Source: an uncultured Candidatus Bathyarchaeia archaeon
GTDB lineage: Archaea; Thermoproteota; Bathyarchaeia; Bathyarchaeales; Bathyarchaeaceae
Direction: 5' to 3'
NCBI GenBank assembly: GCA_964510635.1
Contig: CAZEBS010000008.1
Coordinates: forward strand, 30,331 to 94,330
Length of the DNA stretch: 64,000 bases
Shown here: one piece after another, positions 8,950 to 18,022 of the stretch
How the letters are laid out: every line of letters begins with the position of its first letter
Numbering within the stretch: the first letter of the stretch is position 1
Notes under the pieces: model-generated
What the model saw: only the letters and a program-made list of their open reading frames with translations
Told to the model about the DNA's origin: nothing
Databases searched by the model: none
Made by a program: the position numbers and the translations under genes

Positions 8950-9026
8950 TGGCGCCGCCGGAAGGACTCGAACCTTCGACCCACGAGTTAACAGCCCGTT
9001 GCTCTACCGAACTGAGCTACGGCGGC
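8950..9026 (-). tRNA. tRNA-Asn (anticodon GTT), CCA encoded
   Basis: The reverse complement gccgccgtagctcagttcggtagagcaacgggctGTTaactcgtgggtcgaaggttcgagtccttccggcggcgcca folds as a cloverleaf. The acceptor pairs gccgccg with cggcggc, and the T-loop is ttcgagt. Confidence 0.9.
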
Positions 9027-9188
9027 TCAATCAACAACATGAGTGATGACGCTAATCTGAGAATTTGTGGCGCTATTTAAGTTTAATCGACCAAAACCCA
9101 GATACATTATCTGTTATTCGCCATTAGCCCAGAAATGTGGTATAGAATAGAATAAATCCTGCCCCGAAAAATAGTAACATGAACACAG

Positions 9189-9473
9189 ATGAATGTTGAA
9201 GTCAAGTTTTTCACTTCTTTGCGGGAAATAACAGGCAAAAAGACAGAAGAAATCCAGCTACAGGACACAACCACTGTCGAAGAGCTGTTGACCCTCCTTT
9301 CTGAGAAATACGGCAAAAACTTCAGTGAATATGTCTACAGCAAGAACGGGAAAGTGCAGGGGTTTCTTTCATTTCTAGTAAACGGCAAAAACATCAATGC
9401 TCTAGAAGGCTTCGGCACAAAACTGAAACAAGGAGACACAGTTGCCATTCTTCCTCCAGTAGGCGGAGGCTAA
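9189..9473 (+). CDS. MoaD/ThiS-family ubiquitin-like small archaeal modifier protein (SAMP-like)
   Basis: 94 aa with a beta-grasp pattern (VKFFTSLREITGKK...GDTVAILPPVGGG) and a C-terminal Gly-Gly(-Gly). Confidence 0.8.
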   Translation: MNVEVKFFTSLREITGKKTEEIQLQDTTTVEELLTLLSEKYGKNFSEYVYSKNGKVQGFLSFLVNGKNINALEGFGTKLKQGDTVAILPPVGGG

Positions 9474-9475
9474 CT

Positions 9476-10765
9476 TCAAATTATTTCGGCTTCTAGATAA
9501 GTAGAGAAAGTGTCAACCACCCGAACCTCCACAACCCGTCCCAACAGAGACCCGTCGCCCTTAACCACCACAGGCTTGTAAGCGAAGTTTCGTCCCATCC
9601 AAGATTCACCCTTACCCTTCTCATCAAACAAAACCTTTCCCTCCCAGCCGAGCCATGCACGGTTCTTCTCAAAAGAAACGTTTCTAGACAGCTCCGCCAG
9701 CTCCCTACTTCTACGATTCACCTCTTCTGGAGGAATAGCAACCATCTTCTCCGCCGGGGTGCCTGGCCTAGAAAAAAATTTCGAAACATTAACGATATCA
9801 GGCTGAACCTCAGATATGAGCCGCTTTGTTTCCTCAAAAGCTTCCGTGCTCTCCCCAGGAAAACCACAAATAACATCTGTCGAAAGGGTTAACGGAGGTA
9901 TCTTTTCCCTAAAAGCTTCAACAACCGTCTTGAATTCCTGTACGGTGTAGTGGCGATTCATGAGCCCAAGAACCTTGTTGTCTCCGCTCTGGACAGGCAG
10001 GTGCAGAAACTTGAAAACCTTACTGCACATGTATGCTTCAACAAGGTCATCAAGCAGGTCTAACACATGATCAGGATTCATCATCCCAACCCGAACAAAA
10101 AACTCGCCCTCAACCAAGCAGACCTGCTTCAACAAATCCGCCAAATTTGCTTCAACATCCCGCCCGTAACATGCAGTATCCTGAGACGTCAGCCATATCT
10201 CCTTGGCGCCTGAACCCAAATCACGTCTGACCCGTTCAACAACGTCATCAGCAGAATAGCTTCTCAGTTTTCCCCGAGCAAAATGCACACAACAGTAGGC
10301 GCAGTTCCCCAAACAACCATAGTTGATGGGCACAATACTCACAACAGGATTCAACGGAACCCGAGGAAGCCACAAACCAGGCTTAGAAACACCCTCCAAA
10401 GAAACAACCTTCTCCCCCGCAGCCACCCGACGCAAAACCTCAACAACCTTGCCGCCAGGCGCAGGACCAGCCACCCCATCAAACTCCACCTCATTCTGCA
10501 ACCTTTCAAAATTTATTAGAGGCAAACAACCAGTCACCACAAGCTGCTTATCTTCTGGAGCCTTTCTCAAAATATCCATGACACGATTTTCTGTAGGAGA
10601 CTTGACAGCACACGTATTGTAAACCAGAATCTCCGCGTCCTGAGGCTCATCAACAACCTCGAAGCCAGCTTCTGAAAGGCAACCAGCAATGACTTCTCCA
10701 TCTGCAAGGTTTGCTGAGCAACCAAAACTTTTGACGTAGACCCGCTTTGACTTTTCAACCATCAA
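9476..10765 (-). CDS. radical-SAM methylthiotransferase, MiaB/RimO family (archaeal MtaB/CDKAL1-like)
   Basis: It has an N-terminal UPF0004 domain (VKSFGCSANLADGE), a radical-SAM CLGNCAYC motif and a C-terminal TRAM-like domain. Confidence 0.85.
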   Translation of the reverse strand: MMVEKSKRVYVKSFGCSANLADGEVIAGCLSEAGFEVVDEPQDAEILVYNTCAVKSPTENRVMDILRKAPEDKQLVVTGCLPLINFERLQNEVEFDGVAGPAPGGKVVEVLRRVAAGEKVVSLEGVSKPGLWLPRVPLNPVVSIVPINYGCLGNCAYCCVHFARGKLRSYSADDVVERVRRDLGSGAKEIWLTSQDTACYGRDVEANLADLLKQVCLVEGEFFVRVGMMNPDHVLDLLDDLVEAYMCSKVFKFLHLPVQSGDNKVLGLMNRHYTVQEFKTVVEAFREKIPPLTLSTDVICGFPGESTEAFEETKRLISEVQPDIVNVSKFFSRPGTPAEKMVAIPPEEVNRRSRELAELSRNVSFEKNRAWLGWEGKVLFDEKGKGESWMGRNFAYKPVVVKGDGSLLGRVVEVRVVDTFSTYLEAEII

Positions 10766-11021
10766 ATTTCAGCCCAATTGACACAGCCACGGTTACAGAA
10801 GCCACAAACTGAGTTATACGGTTTTTATCGTACGAGAGAAACATAAAGTTTCTGCAAGGTAGCTTTTTGACATGAAGGCGCACGGTGTCCAAGAGAGGGG
10901 GATGGAAAGTCTTATAAGTAGTGGTATGTTCATATTTGTATCATATTTGTTTCTTAACATTAAGGCATATAAGACACAACGATTCTCTTATGAGACCGTA
11001 ACAAAGGAGAACCCATAAAAA

Positions 11022-11177
11022 ATGAAACTAATCACACTACACTTACCTGAGCCCTACATTCAGGCACTAGACAACCTAGTCGACGAAAAATATTATCCCA
11101 ACAGAGCTGAGGCAATCCGCACAGCGGTCCGTGACCTCCTCGCAATCGAGGCCTGGGGAAGAAGCAGAAATGGCTAG
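11022..11177 (+). CDS. ribbon-helix-helix (CopG-family) protein, 51 aa
   Basis: Manual translation gives MKLITLHLPEPYIQALDNLVDEKYYPNRAEAIRTAVRDLLAIEAWGRSRNG. This shows the classic RHH pattern of a beta strand followed by two helices, and a GGAG motif lies upstream. Confidence 0.65.
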   Translation: MKLITLHLPEPYIQALDNLVDEKYYPNRAEAIRTAVRDLLAIEAWGRSRNG

Positions 11178-11361
11178 AGACGTAGAGAAACTCCTGAAAA
11201 TTGAAAGACTGGGGGAAGCTCCCAAATTGAGTCTTGACGCATGTGAAATTATTCCCACAACTCCCATACTGGACCTAGTTAACATAGAAGACTGCACAGA
11301 ACCCAAGATGAATGTGCACATTGACTTAGGTTTAGACCAGCTCGAAGAAGGGGAAGAGTAG
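11170..11361 (+). CDS. small acidic hypothetical protein (63 aa), start overlapping the RHH stop
   Basis: The ATG at 11170 overlaps the RHH TAG (aATGgcTAG). The product is MARDVEKLLKIERLGEAPKLSLDACEIIPTTPILDLVNIEDCTEPKMNVHIDLGLDQLEEGEE. It is the 3' part of track ORF 11131..11361. Confidence 0.35.
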   Translation: MARDVEKLLKIERLGEAPKLSLDACEIIPTTPILDLVNIEDCTEPKMNVHIDLGLDQLEEGEE

Positions 11362-11385
11362 CCTCTTCTAGCCTCAAGTTTTTCC

Positions 11386-12009
11386 TTAAAACCGTGCCAG
11401 AATTCGTTCAAGTCTAGTTTTCCAAGGTATCCCCCTTCCCATGGGAGACACGTTTCCCTTCTTGATGGCGGATACAATTTCATCAACGGCAGCATCAGAT
11501 TTTATCATCGTGTACGCTGCCCCAATCTCAGGAGCATAATGAGAGTCGCTTCCGCCCGTCTGCGGCAGACCTAAACCCTCAGCGAACCGTCGGCTATAAT
11601 GTGTCAATATAGAGAAGGGCACAGAGGATGCATTCATTACCTCAACGGCATCATAGGAACTTACTTTTCGGCTTGGCGGCGACTTATAGAATGCGGTAGG
11701 ATGAGGCGCTACAGCGATTCCTCCAGCCTCATGAATGAGTTGGACGGTTTCTTCAATTCCCCGTTTCGCGGGTATGGGCGCGGTTACGTTGAGACCGAGA
11801 AGATGACCGTCTGAGGTGGACACTTCTATTCCCGAGACAACGATGATGTCGTGGGTTTTCAGTTTGAGGGCACCTTTGACGGTGTTGTGGTCTGTGATTG
11901 CAACTCCGTCCAGTCCCCGCTTCTTGGCAAAGGAGATAACTTGTTTGAGGGTTATGGAAGAGTCGCGGGAATAGCAGGTGTGAACGTGAAGGTCAATTTT
12001 CAGGCTCAA
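11386..12009 (-). CDS. PHP-domain metal-dependent phosphoesterase
   Basis: PHP motifs DLHVHTCYSRDS, AITDHN, VAPHP and GGSDSH. Confidence 0.8.
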   Translation of the reverse strand: MSLKIDLHVHTCYSRDSSITLKQVISFAKKRGLDGVAITDHNTVKGALKLKTHDIIVVSGIEVSTSDGHLLGLNVTAPIPAKRGIEETVQLIHEAGGIAVAPHPTAFYKSPPSRKVSSYDAVEVMNASSVPFSILTHYSRRFAEGLGLPQTGGSDSHYAPEIGAAYTMIKSDAAVDEIVSAIKKGNVSPMGRGIPWKTRLERILARF

Positions 12010-12032
12010 AGGCTTCCCTTCATCTTCCAGAG

Positions 12033-13709
12033 TTAACTTTGTTTTGTGCTCCTCACCTTTTCCAGTTTGGCTTGAAGCTCTTCCTCGGATTCATCTATTT
12101 TGCTGAAAAGAGGCTTCGCCTTGCTTATCTTGTGGGCTGGCGGCAGCTCCTTTTCTGTTTCGCTCCAATTTTGCTCATGAACAGAACCTTCCAGATTGAG
12201 GAGCGTCCAAAGCTTCTCGCAGGTAAAGGGAATGAAAGGCTCCAGAATTATCGCCAACTGCTTGACAATCTGAGCAGCAACATACAGGGTATTGGCTGAC
12301 TGCTGACGGTCTGTTTTTATGGTTTTCCAGGGCTCCTTTTCGTTGAAGTATCTGTTTCCAAGGTGGGCAAGGCTTATGGCGATGCGCAGAGCCTCCTGTA
12401 ATTTGAAGGCTTCCATCCGCTCTGCAGTCTTGTTCACAATTTCTTTAGCCTCCAGAAGAATTGCCTTATCTTTTTCGTCCAAGCTGCTTGGCTGGGGCAC
12501 TGTGCTGTCGAATTGTCTGTTTATGAAGGTTAATGTTCTGTGAACGAAGTTGCCGAGGGTGTCGTTTAGGTCGCTGTTCACTTTTTCGATTAAGGTTGTC
12601 CATGAAAAGTTGGTGTCCTTCACTTCAGGGCGTATAGACATTAGGGAGTATCTCCAGTAGTCTGCCGGAAAGAGTTCCAGAGCCTCATCGATCCAGACTC
12701 CGATCCTTCGGCTCTTGGAGAAGGCTTGACCATCAAACATCAGAAACTCTGTGGAGTGCACGGTCCAAGGCAAATTGTAGTCTTCGTGGGTGGCTAGCAG
12801 GAGGGCTGGCAGTATGATTGTGTGGAAGGGAATGTTGTCCTTTCCTATGAAATACAGGGTCTTCGCTTCTTTGTTGAACCAGAATTCCTTCCACCGCTCC
12901 TCCTCTCCAAGCCGCTTAAAGTACTGAATAGTGGCTGACGGGTAACCTAGAACGGCGTCAACCCAAACATAGATTGTCTTGTCCTCAGAACCTGGAAAGG
13001 GTGACTGAATCCCCCACTTGTTATCGCGGGTCACGGGTCTAGGCTTCAAGCCCTCCTTTAGAATGTTCAGGGTGAAGTTTCGGGCGTTGTCAGGCAAATT
13101 CTCGTTATTCTGAATGTAATTAGTAAGCTTCTCGGTTAGTTTCGGCAAATCAAAATACCAATGCTTCCTTGTCTCTTTGATTGGCGCCGAATTACATATT
13201 GCACACCGAGGCTCCAAAAGATTCGTGGGCTCAAGAAGGCTTCCACAAGAATCACACTGGTCTCCCCGGGCACTATCATATCCACAGCTGGGACAAGTTC
13301 CCTCCACGAACCTGTCAGGCAAGAAACGGTCACACTTTGGACAGTAAAGCTGCTCAGTTTCTTGAGTGAAGATGTAGCCGTTTTCGTAGATTTTCATCAA
13401 CAGGTTCCGAACAAACGCCTTATGCACAGGGTTTTCTGTGCGGGTGTAGTTGCTGAAGGCTATTCCCCATCTTTCGAAGAGGTCTGACACTTGTGCGTGG
13501 TTTCTGTCTGTCAGCTGTTTTGGGGGAATGTTCAAGCGGACAGCTTCTATTTCGATGGGTGTTCCATGCTCGTCTGAGCCTGTGACGTACACAACTTCGT
13601 TTCCTTGTAGTCGATAATAGCGGGCTACAACATCCGCTGAAAGGATGGAGCTTACAATATTGCCTAGATGAGGAACATAGTTGATGTAAGGCCACGCTGA
13701 AGTGACCAA
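12033..13709 (-). CDS. metG: methionine--tRNA ligase
   Basis: It has a HIGH-type motif (PHLGN), the zinc knuckles CPKCDRF...CPSCGY and CDSCG...CAICN, and a KMSKS-like FSKSR. The start is TTG at 13709, with an in-frame stop a few codons upstream. Confidence 0.9.
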   Translation of the reverse strand: MVTSAWPYINYVPHLGNIVSSILSADVVARYYRLQGNEVVYVTGSDEHGTPIEIEAVRLNIPPKQLTDRNHAQVSDLFERWGIAFSNYTRTENPVHKAFVRNLLMKIYENGYIFTQETEQLYCPKCDRFLPDRFVEGTCPSCGYDSARGDQCDSCGSLLEPTNLLEPRCAICNSAPIKETRKHWYFDLPKLTEKLTNYIQNNENLPDNARNFTLNILKEGLKPRPVTRDNKWGIQSPFPGSEDKTIYVWVDAVLGYPSATIQYFKRLGEEERWKEFWFNKEAKTLYFIGKDNIPFHTIILPALLLATHEDYNLPWTVHSTEFLMFDGQAFSKSRRIGVWIDEALELFPADYWRYSLMSIRPEVKDTNFSWTTLIEKVNSDLNDTLGNFVHRTLTFINRQFDSTVPQPSSLDEKDKAILLEAKEIVNKTAERMEAFKLQEALRIAISLAHLGNRYFNEKEPWKTIKTDRQQSANTLYVAAQIVKQLAIILEPFIPFTCEKLWTLLNLEGSVHEQNWSETEKELPPAHKISKAKPLFSKIDESEEELQAKLEKVRSTKQS

Positions 13710-13911
13710 AATCTTAGCGAACGCAACGCACCTCCAAACAGTATCCTAAGCACAACCAGTTTCCTTACGAAACATATGTACTTAAAGACAACGGAAACAA
13801 AAAACGCCAATGAAAAAATGGAACAGCCTACTCTAACATTACGCTCTGCATTTTGTTTCCGATACACTATTCAATCAAAACAAGACAGTATGGGGGAGAG
13901 GAAAATTTCCG

Positions 13912-15174
13912 ATGGCTGACGGGAAGGAAACGGGGCAGAGCGCCAACTGTTTGGTTGTCTTTGATGTTGAAGGCATCCTGATACCGAAGAATCGTTACAT
14001 TCTTTTTGAAATCTCAAGGAAGCTGGGGTTTCTGGACTTCATACGAGCCATAATTTTAGGGCTTCTCTACGAAACTGGATTGTTACCTCTTGAGTCAGCC
14101 CTAAGGAGAATCTTTGCGATGCTCAAGGGACTCAAAGCAGAAGAGGTCCTTAAGCTCCACAAGCGGATACCCCTGATGCCCGGTACTGAAGAAGTTTTCA
14201 CAATATTAAACGAGAAAGGTTACAGGACAGCCCTCATAAGTTCAGGGCTTCCCACCCCAGTAGTAGAAGATTTAGCCACGAGACTGAATGCTGACTACGC
14301 TTATGGTCTGGAACTTGAGATAAAGGACGAAAAGTTAACTGGCGCCAGTGGAGGCGACGTTCTCAGGTCTGGAGGCAAAGCTGTTGTTTTGCAGAAGATA
14401 CTTGAGAAAGAGGGGTTAACTGCCCAGGACTGTGTTATGGTTGCTGATGACAGAAACAACCTGTCAATGTTTCCTCATTGCAGGTTAAGGATAGGCTACA
14501 ATCCAGATTTTGTGTTAACTGCCAAATCCGATTTTGTGACAAAAGGCGGACTAACAGACATTCTGCCGCTAATAACAGGAGAAAAGCCTCCAGTTTCCGA
14601 GTCTAAGCTAGCAAGTCGAGGTCTCCGAGAGGCAATTCACATGGGCAGCTTCCTATTAACGTTCATTTGCATACACCTTCTAGGAAACATCATGGTGGCT
14701 TCTTTGATACTCGGCATAACCGTCCTCTACACCCTATCCGAGATTGCCAGAGTACGGGGAATCAACATTCCCATACTTTCATCCATAACTTGGAGAGCAG
14801 CAAAAAAAACAGAACTCTACGAATTCGCGACATCTCCCATCCATTTCGCAGTTGGAATCGCAATCTCTCTTCTCATTTTTCCAGCGCCCATACGATACGT
14901 GGCAATCACAATATTAACGTTGGGCGACGCCTTCGCTCACATATTCGGAATGAAATTCGGAAAAACCCGTATCCCCTTCAACAAAGGAAAGAACCTAGAA
15001 GGAACCCTCTTCGGCTTCCTGTTTGCCTTCTTGGGCGCCATGATCTTCGTTGACCCAACAAGAGCCTTGATTGCCGCCGCAGTTGGAATGCTGGTTGAGT
15101 CCCTCCCCACCCCCATAAACGACAACTTAACCATGCCCCTAGCCTCTGGACTAGCCCTTGCCCTGATTTCGTAA
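13912..15174 (+). CDS. fusion protein: N-terminal HAD-like (phosphoserine-phosphatase-like) domain plus C-terminal polyprenol/dolichol-kinase-type CTP-transferase membrane domain
   Basis: The N-terminus is a HAD fold with VVFDVEGIL and VMVADDRNN. The C-terminus has about 6 TM helices with GDAFAHIFGMKFGKTRIPFNKGKNLEGTLFGF, the CTP_transf_1 / dolichol-kinase signature. Confidence 0.65.
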   Translation: MADGKETGQSANCLVVFDVEGILIPKNRYILFEISRKLGFLDFIRAIILGLLYETGLLPLESALRRIFAMLKGLKAEEVLKLHKRIPLMPGTEEVFTILNEKGYRTALISSGLPTPVVEDLATRLNADYAYGLELEIKDEKLTGASGGDVLRSGGKAVVLQKILEKEGLTAQDCVMVADDRNNLSMFPHCRLRIGYNPDFVLTAKSDFVTKGGLTDILPLITGEKPPVSESKLASRGLREAIHMGSFLLTFICIHLLGNIMVASLILGITVLYTLSEIARVRGINIPILSSITWRAAKKTELYEFATSPIHFAVGIAISLLIFPAPIRYVAITILTLGDAFAHIFGMKFGKTRIPFNKGKNLEGTLFGFLFAFLGAMIFVDPTRALIAAAVGMLVESLPTPINDNLTMPLASGLALALIS

Positions 15175-15283
15175 GGCAAAACGGGTATTTACGATAGAAT
15201 TAAAAGATTGCAGCTCATCATATAGTATCGACACTGCAAATTGATAGCGTCCAACAGAATTGACCTAAGGGAGTTTTCTCTGC

Positions 15284-15889
15284 TTGGCAGAATCAGATAA
15301 AATTGAGTATAGACCTGTCTCTGTTCGCGAAGCTCTCACCGAAATGAAAGATGTGTCAGAGATAATGATTGACCTAGCGTACTCATCAGCCCTTTTCAAC
15401 AGCCATGAACTCGCTGAAGAAGTCATGGAACTGGAAAAAAGGGTGGACTACCTCGATTACATAATAGATATGAACGTCATGCTGGCAGCAAGAGATGCAG
15501 AAGACGCGGAACACCTCACCGCGGTGACGACTGTAGCCGCAGCAACCAACAAAATTTCTGACGCAGCAGCAGACATAGCAGCAATTGTTCTGAAAAATAT
15601 TGGAATTCACCCTATTGTCAGGAAGGCGTTCCAGCAGGTTGAAGAAAGACTTGCGCGGGCAATTGTCAAACCAGATTCAATCTTCATCAACAAAACACTT
15701 GGGGAGCTAGAATTAGCCGCAAAGATAGGCGTTGATGTAATAGCTATCCGTCGACAGCGAGAGTGGAAAATAGACCCAGAGGAAGAAGAGAAAATTCTGG
15801 AAAATGACGTCCTAATTGCCAGAGGCGCACCCCATGGCATCGATGAATTAAACGATCTCGCATCGGGTAAACTAAAAGTGATGGAATAA
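15284..15889 (+). CDS. PhoU-like plus TrkA-C (RCK_C) domain regulatory protein
   Basis: It has a PhoU-like helical N-terminus (MKDVSEIMIDLAYSSALFN...EVMELEKRVDYL) and a C-terminal TrkA-C pattern (LGELELAAKIGVDVIAIRR...ENDVLIARG). Confidence 0.65.
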   Translation: MAESDKIEYRPVSVREALTEMKDVSEIMIDLAYSSALFNSHELAEEVMELEKRVDYLDYIIDMNVMLAARDAEDAEHLTAVTTVAAATNKISDAAADIAAIVLKNIGIHPIVRKAFQQVEERLARAIVKPDSIFINKTLGELELAAKIGVDVIAIRRQREWKIDPEEEEKILENDVLIARGAPHGIDELNDLASGKLKVME

Positions 15890-15903
15890 AGGGAAGATTT
15901 GAA

Positions 15904-16506
15904 GTGGCTATGACTGAGAAGCATTTCCAAGAAATCGTTAACAAACTGGTGGTCATGAAGGACACCTCCGAACTCATGATAGACCTAGCATACTCCTCCC
16001 TCTTTCTCAATAGCATGTCTCTAGCTGAAGAGGTTGCGGCACTAGAAAATTACATGGACGACTTACACACAGACTTTGAGCGGCAGGTTCTATCCAGCGG
16101 CTTCACAGCAGAAGACTCCAAAGATTTCCTTGGTTTAATCAGGTTGGGAGTAGTCACAGAGAAGATAGCGGACGCTGCCATGGAAATCGCTGACGTCGTT
16201 CTTAGAGGACTGGAACCCCATCCAATCCTGAAGCTAGTAATCGAGGAAGCAGAGGAAACAGTAACCAAAGTTACAGTCTCAGAAACGTCCACATTAGTCG
16301 GAAAGAAGATTCGAGAAGCCCAAATCCAAGAAGAAACAGGCATGTGGATTCTGGTCATACGAAGAGGCAACTGGTGGCTACGACCCCGCGCCAGCACAGT
16401 GATTAAAGCAGGCGACATTTTGATTGCATCAGGTTACGCTGAAGGAGAAGCCGACTTCGAATCCCTAGTTTCTGGCAACAAAGAACAGCCCCCAGAAGAC
16501 TCCTAG
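15904..16506 (+). CDS. PhoU-like plus TrkA-C domain regulatory protein (paralogue of the preceding gene)
   Basis: It has the same architecture and clear similarity to the preceding gene (MKDTSELMIDLAYSSLFLN...; GKKIREAQIQEETGMWILVIRR...GDILIASG). Confidence 0.65.
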   Translation: MAMTEKHFQEIVNKLVVMKDTSELMIDLAYSSLFLNSMSLAEEVAALENYMDDLHTDFERQVLSSGFTAEDSKDFLGLIRLGVVTEKIADAAMEIADVVLRGLEPHPILKLVIEEAEETVTKVTVSETSTLVGKKIREAQIQEETGMWILVIRRGNWWLRPRASTVIKAGDILIASGYAEGEADFESLVSGNKEQPPEDS

Positions 16507-16523
16507 AGACAATCGCCCATTTT

Positions 16524-17735
16524 TTAGACTATAAGAGCCATTGCCAATAATACAGCAGCGGTTGTAACCGTGTCTGCTAAGGAGCTCTCAACGGGGATTA
16601 CAAAGTTATCGGGATTCAAACCACGTCTAAAAGTGGAAATAGCCACAGCGAAGGCCACCACAACCATGATTACGACGGCGCAGGCGTTCGTAGTCAATAA
16701 TTGACCAGTGAAAATCAGCAGTTCATTTAGTGTGTTTACGCCACTGATAAGCACAGACAAAAGGGCGTAAACAAGGAACATCACTATAGAAGCTAGCCAT
16801 GCTCCACCAATTTCATTGATGTGTTCTTTTAGGGATGAAAAGGAGGGCTTGATCAGACCTAGGGCAAGTTTTGTGGTTGCAGTTGAGCCTATTATTGAAC
16901 CCACGCCGCCAATGGTTGCGATTATGGCAGGATAGACAGCCTGCATCCTTGTTCCACTGATTCTGTCAAGCAATGATCCAGTAACATTGACGATTAGGCT
17001 CACAAAAAGTAGGGTTGGAAGAAATTCTTGGATTGTTTCAACAAATTTTGTCTCCCCGATGTTTCTGATTAGGATATAGATGACCCAAGAGATGAAAATG
17101 ATGTCAATAAAGAAAATCAGGTAGCGCCCAATTGAGCCAAAAAGAAAGAAGAGGCTTAAACTTAGGACGTAGCAGCCTGTGTTTATTATGTCAGACACTG
17201 GAGAAGTAATCGGATACACAATAACATCTGGGTCTAGTCCTCGCCTGAAAGAAAAAACAGAAAACAACATCGTTAAGGGTGAAACAAACAACACAGACAA
17301 AGCCATCGTCGAAATAATCACCGCCAGCAACGGAAAAAAGTCTATTATAGTTGCATTCCAAAGCATCGCACCAAAGACCCAAGTCCCAGCTCCCACACTG
17401 ACGCCACTCACAAGAGCCAACGTGATAATTACACGCAAAAGAGTCCCGAACTCCTTGGTGTTTTTAGTGAAAACGGGTTTGATGGTACCTAAGTGCAGGC
17501 CAGTGCCTAGGTGACCGCTAAAGAGTCCGCCTATGGCGCCTCTGACGCTCAGAATTCCTGGAAAAAGGGCAATTACCCATGGGGCCGCGTCGATTGAAAG
17601 ATACAGAACAAAGAGGGTTCCCGTTAACAACCCAATCATATCAAAGGATAACGAGAACAGGGACTGGCCTAGGCTGGCTTTCAGCTTCTTTCCTGACAGA
17701 GCTCCAGCTATGTTGGTCTTCGTCATCGCTTTCAC
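16524..17735 (-). CDS. divalent-cation transporter, duplicated MgtE/SLC41-like membrane domain
   Basis: 403 aa and polytopic, with an internal duplication. Each half has an MgtE-type motif (GLDPDVIVYPITSPVSDIINT and GLNPDNFVIPVESSLADTVTT). Confidence 0.65.
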   Translation of the reverse strand: MKAMTKTNIAGALSGKKLKASLGQSLFSLSFDMIGLLTGTLFVLYLSIDAAPWVIALFPGILSVRGAIGGLFSGHLGTGLHLGTIKPVFTKNTKEFGTLLRVIITLALVSGVSVGAGTWVFGAMLWNATIIDFFPLLAVIISTMALSVLFVSPLTMLFSVFSFRRGLDPDVIVYPITSPVSDIINTGCYVLSLSLFFLFGSIGRYLIFFIDIIFISWVIYILIRNIGETKFVETIQEFLPTLLFVSLIVNVTGSLLDRISGTRMQAVYPAIIATIGGVGSIIGSTATTKLALGLIKPSFSSLKEHINEIGGAWLASIVMFLVYALLSVLISGVNTLNELLIFTGQLLTTNACAVVIMVVVAFAVAISTFRRGLNPDNFVIPVESSLADTVTTAAVLLAMALIV

Positions 17736-18022
17736 TTCCGTCCATCAAGCTTAGCCTCCCTTGTTGTCTTATCTTACCGGTTGCCGTGATGCGGAGCATA
17801 CAGCCGAGTGTGTAGAGTTCTTGACCCATTTCTGGATCGGCAGTCCTCTGTGATGTTAACACTGCTTCCTGTCGCTCCTTCTACAGCATAAACTCAACAA
17901 TAGCCCTTAAAGGCTTTTTGTCCACATTCACAGGCAATTGTCAACTTTCAGAAGAAACACAAAGCATCTACGATGACACAATAAAAAATAGTCCGATATA
18001 TAAAAAAGATGGAAGCCCCGAA

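Noticed and set aside
8895-9080. A 61-aa ORF overlapping the tRNA-Asn locus (similarly 51666..51974, 51991..52197 and 62637..62819 over tRNA-Ser, tRNA-Val and tRNA-Arg)
   Set aside because: These ORFs are read through tRNA genes that have complete cloverleaf structures. The RNA genes explain the sequence.
11076-11495. A 139-aa minus-strand ORF
   Set aside because: It overlaps the RHH gene and the acidic ORF on the opposite strand, and it runs into the 3' end of the PHP phosphoesterase gene in another frame. No motifs were recognised.
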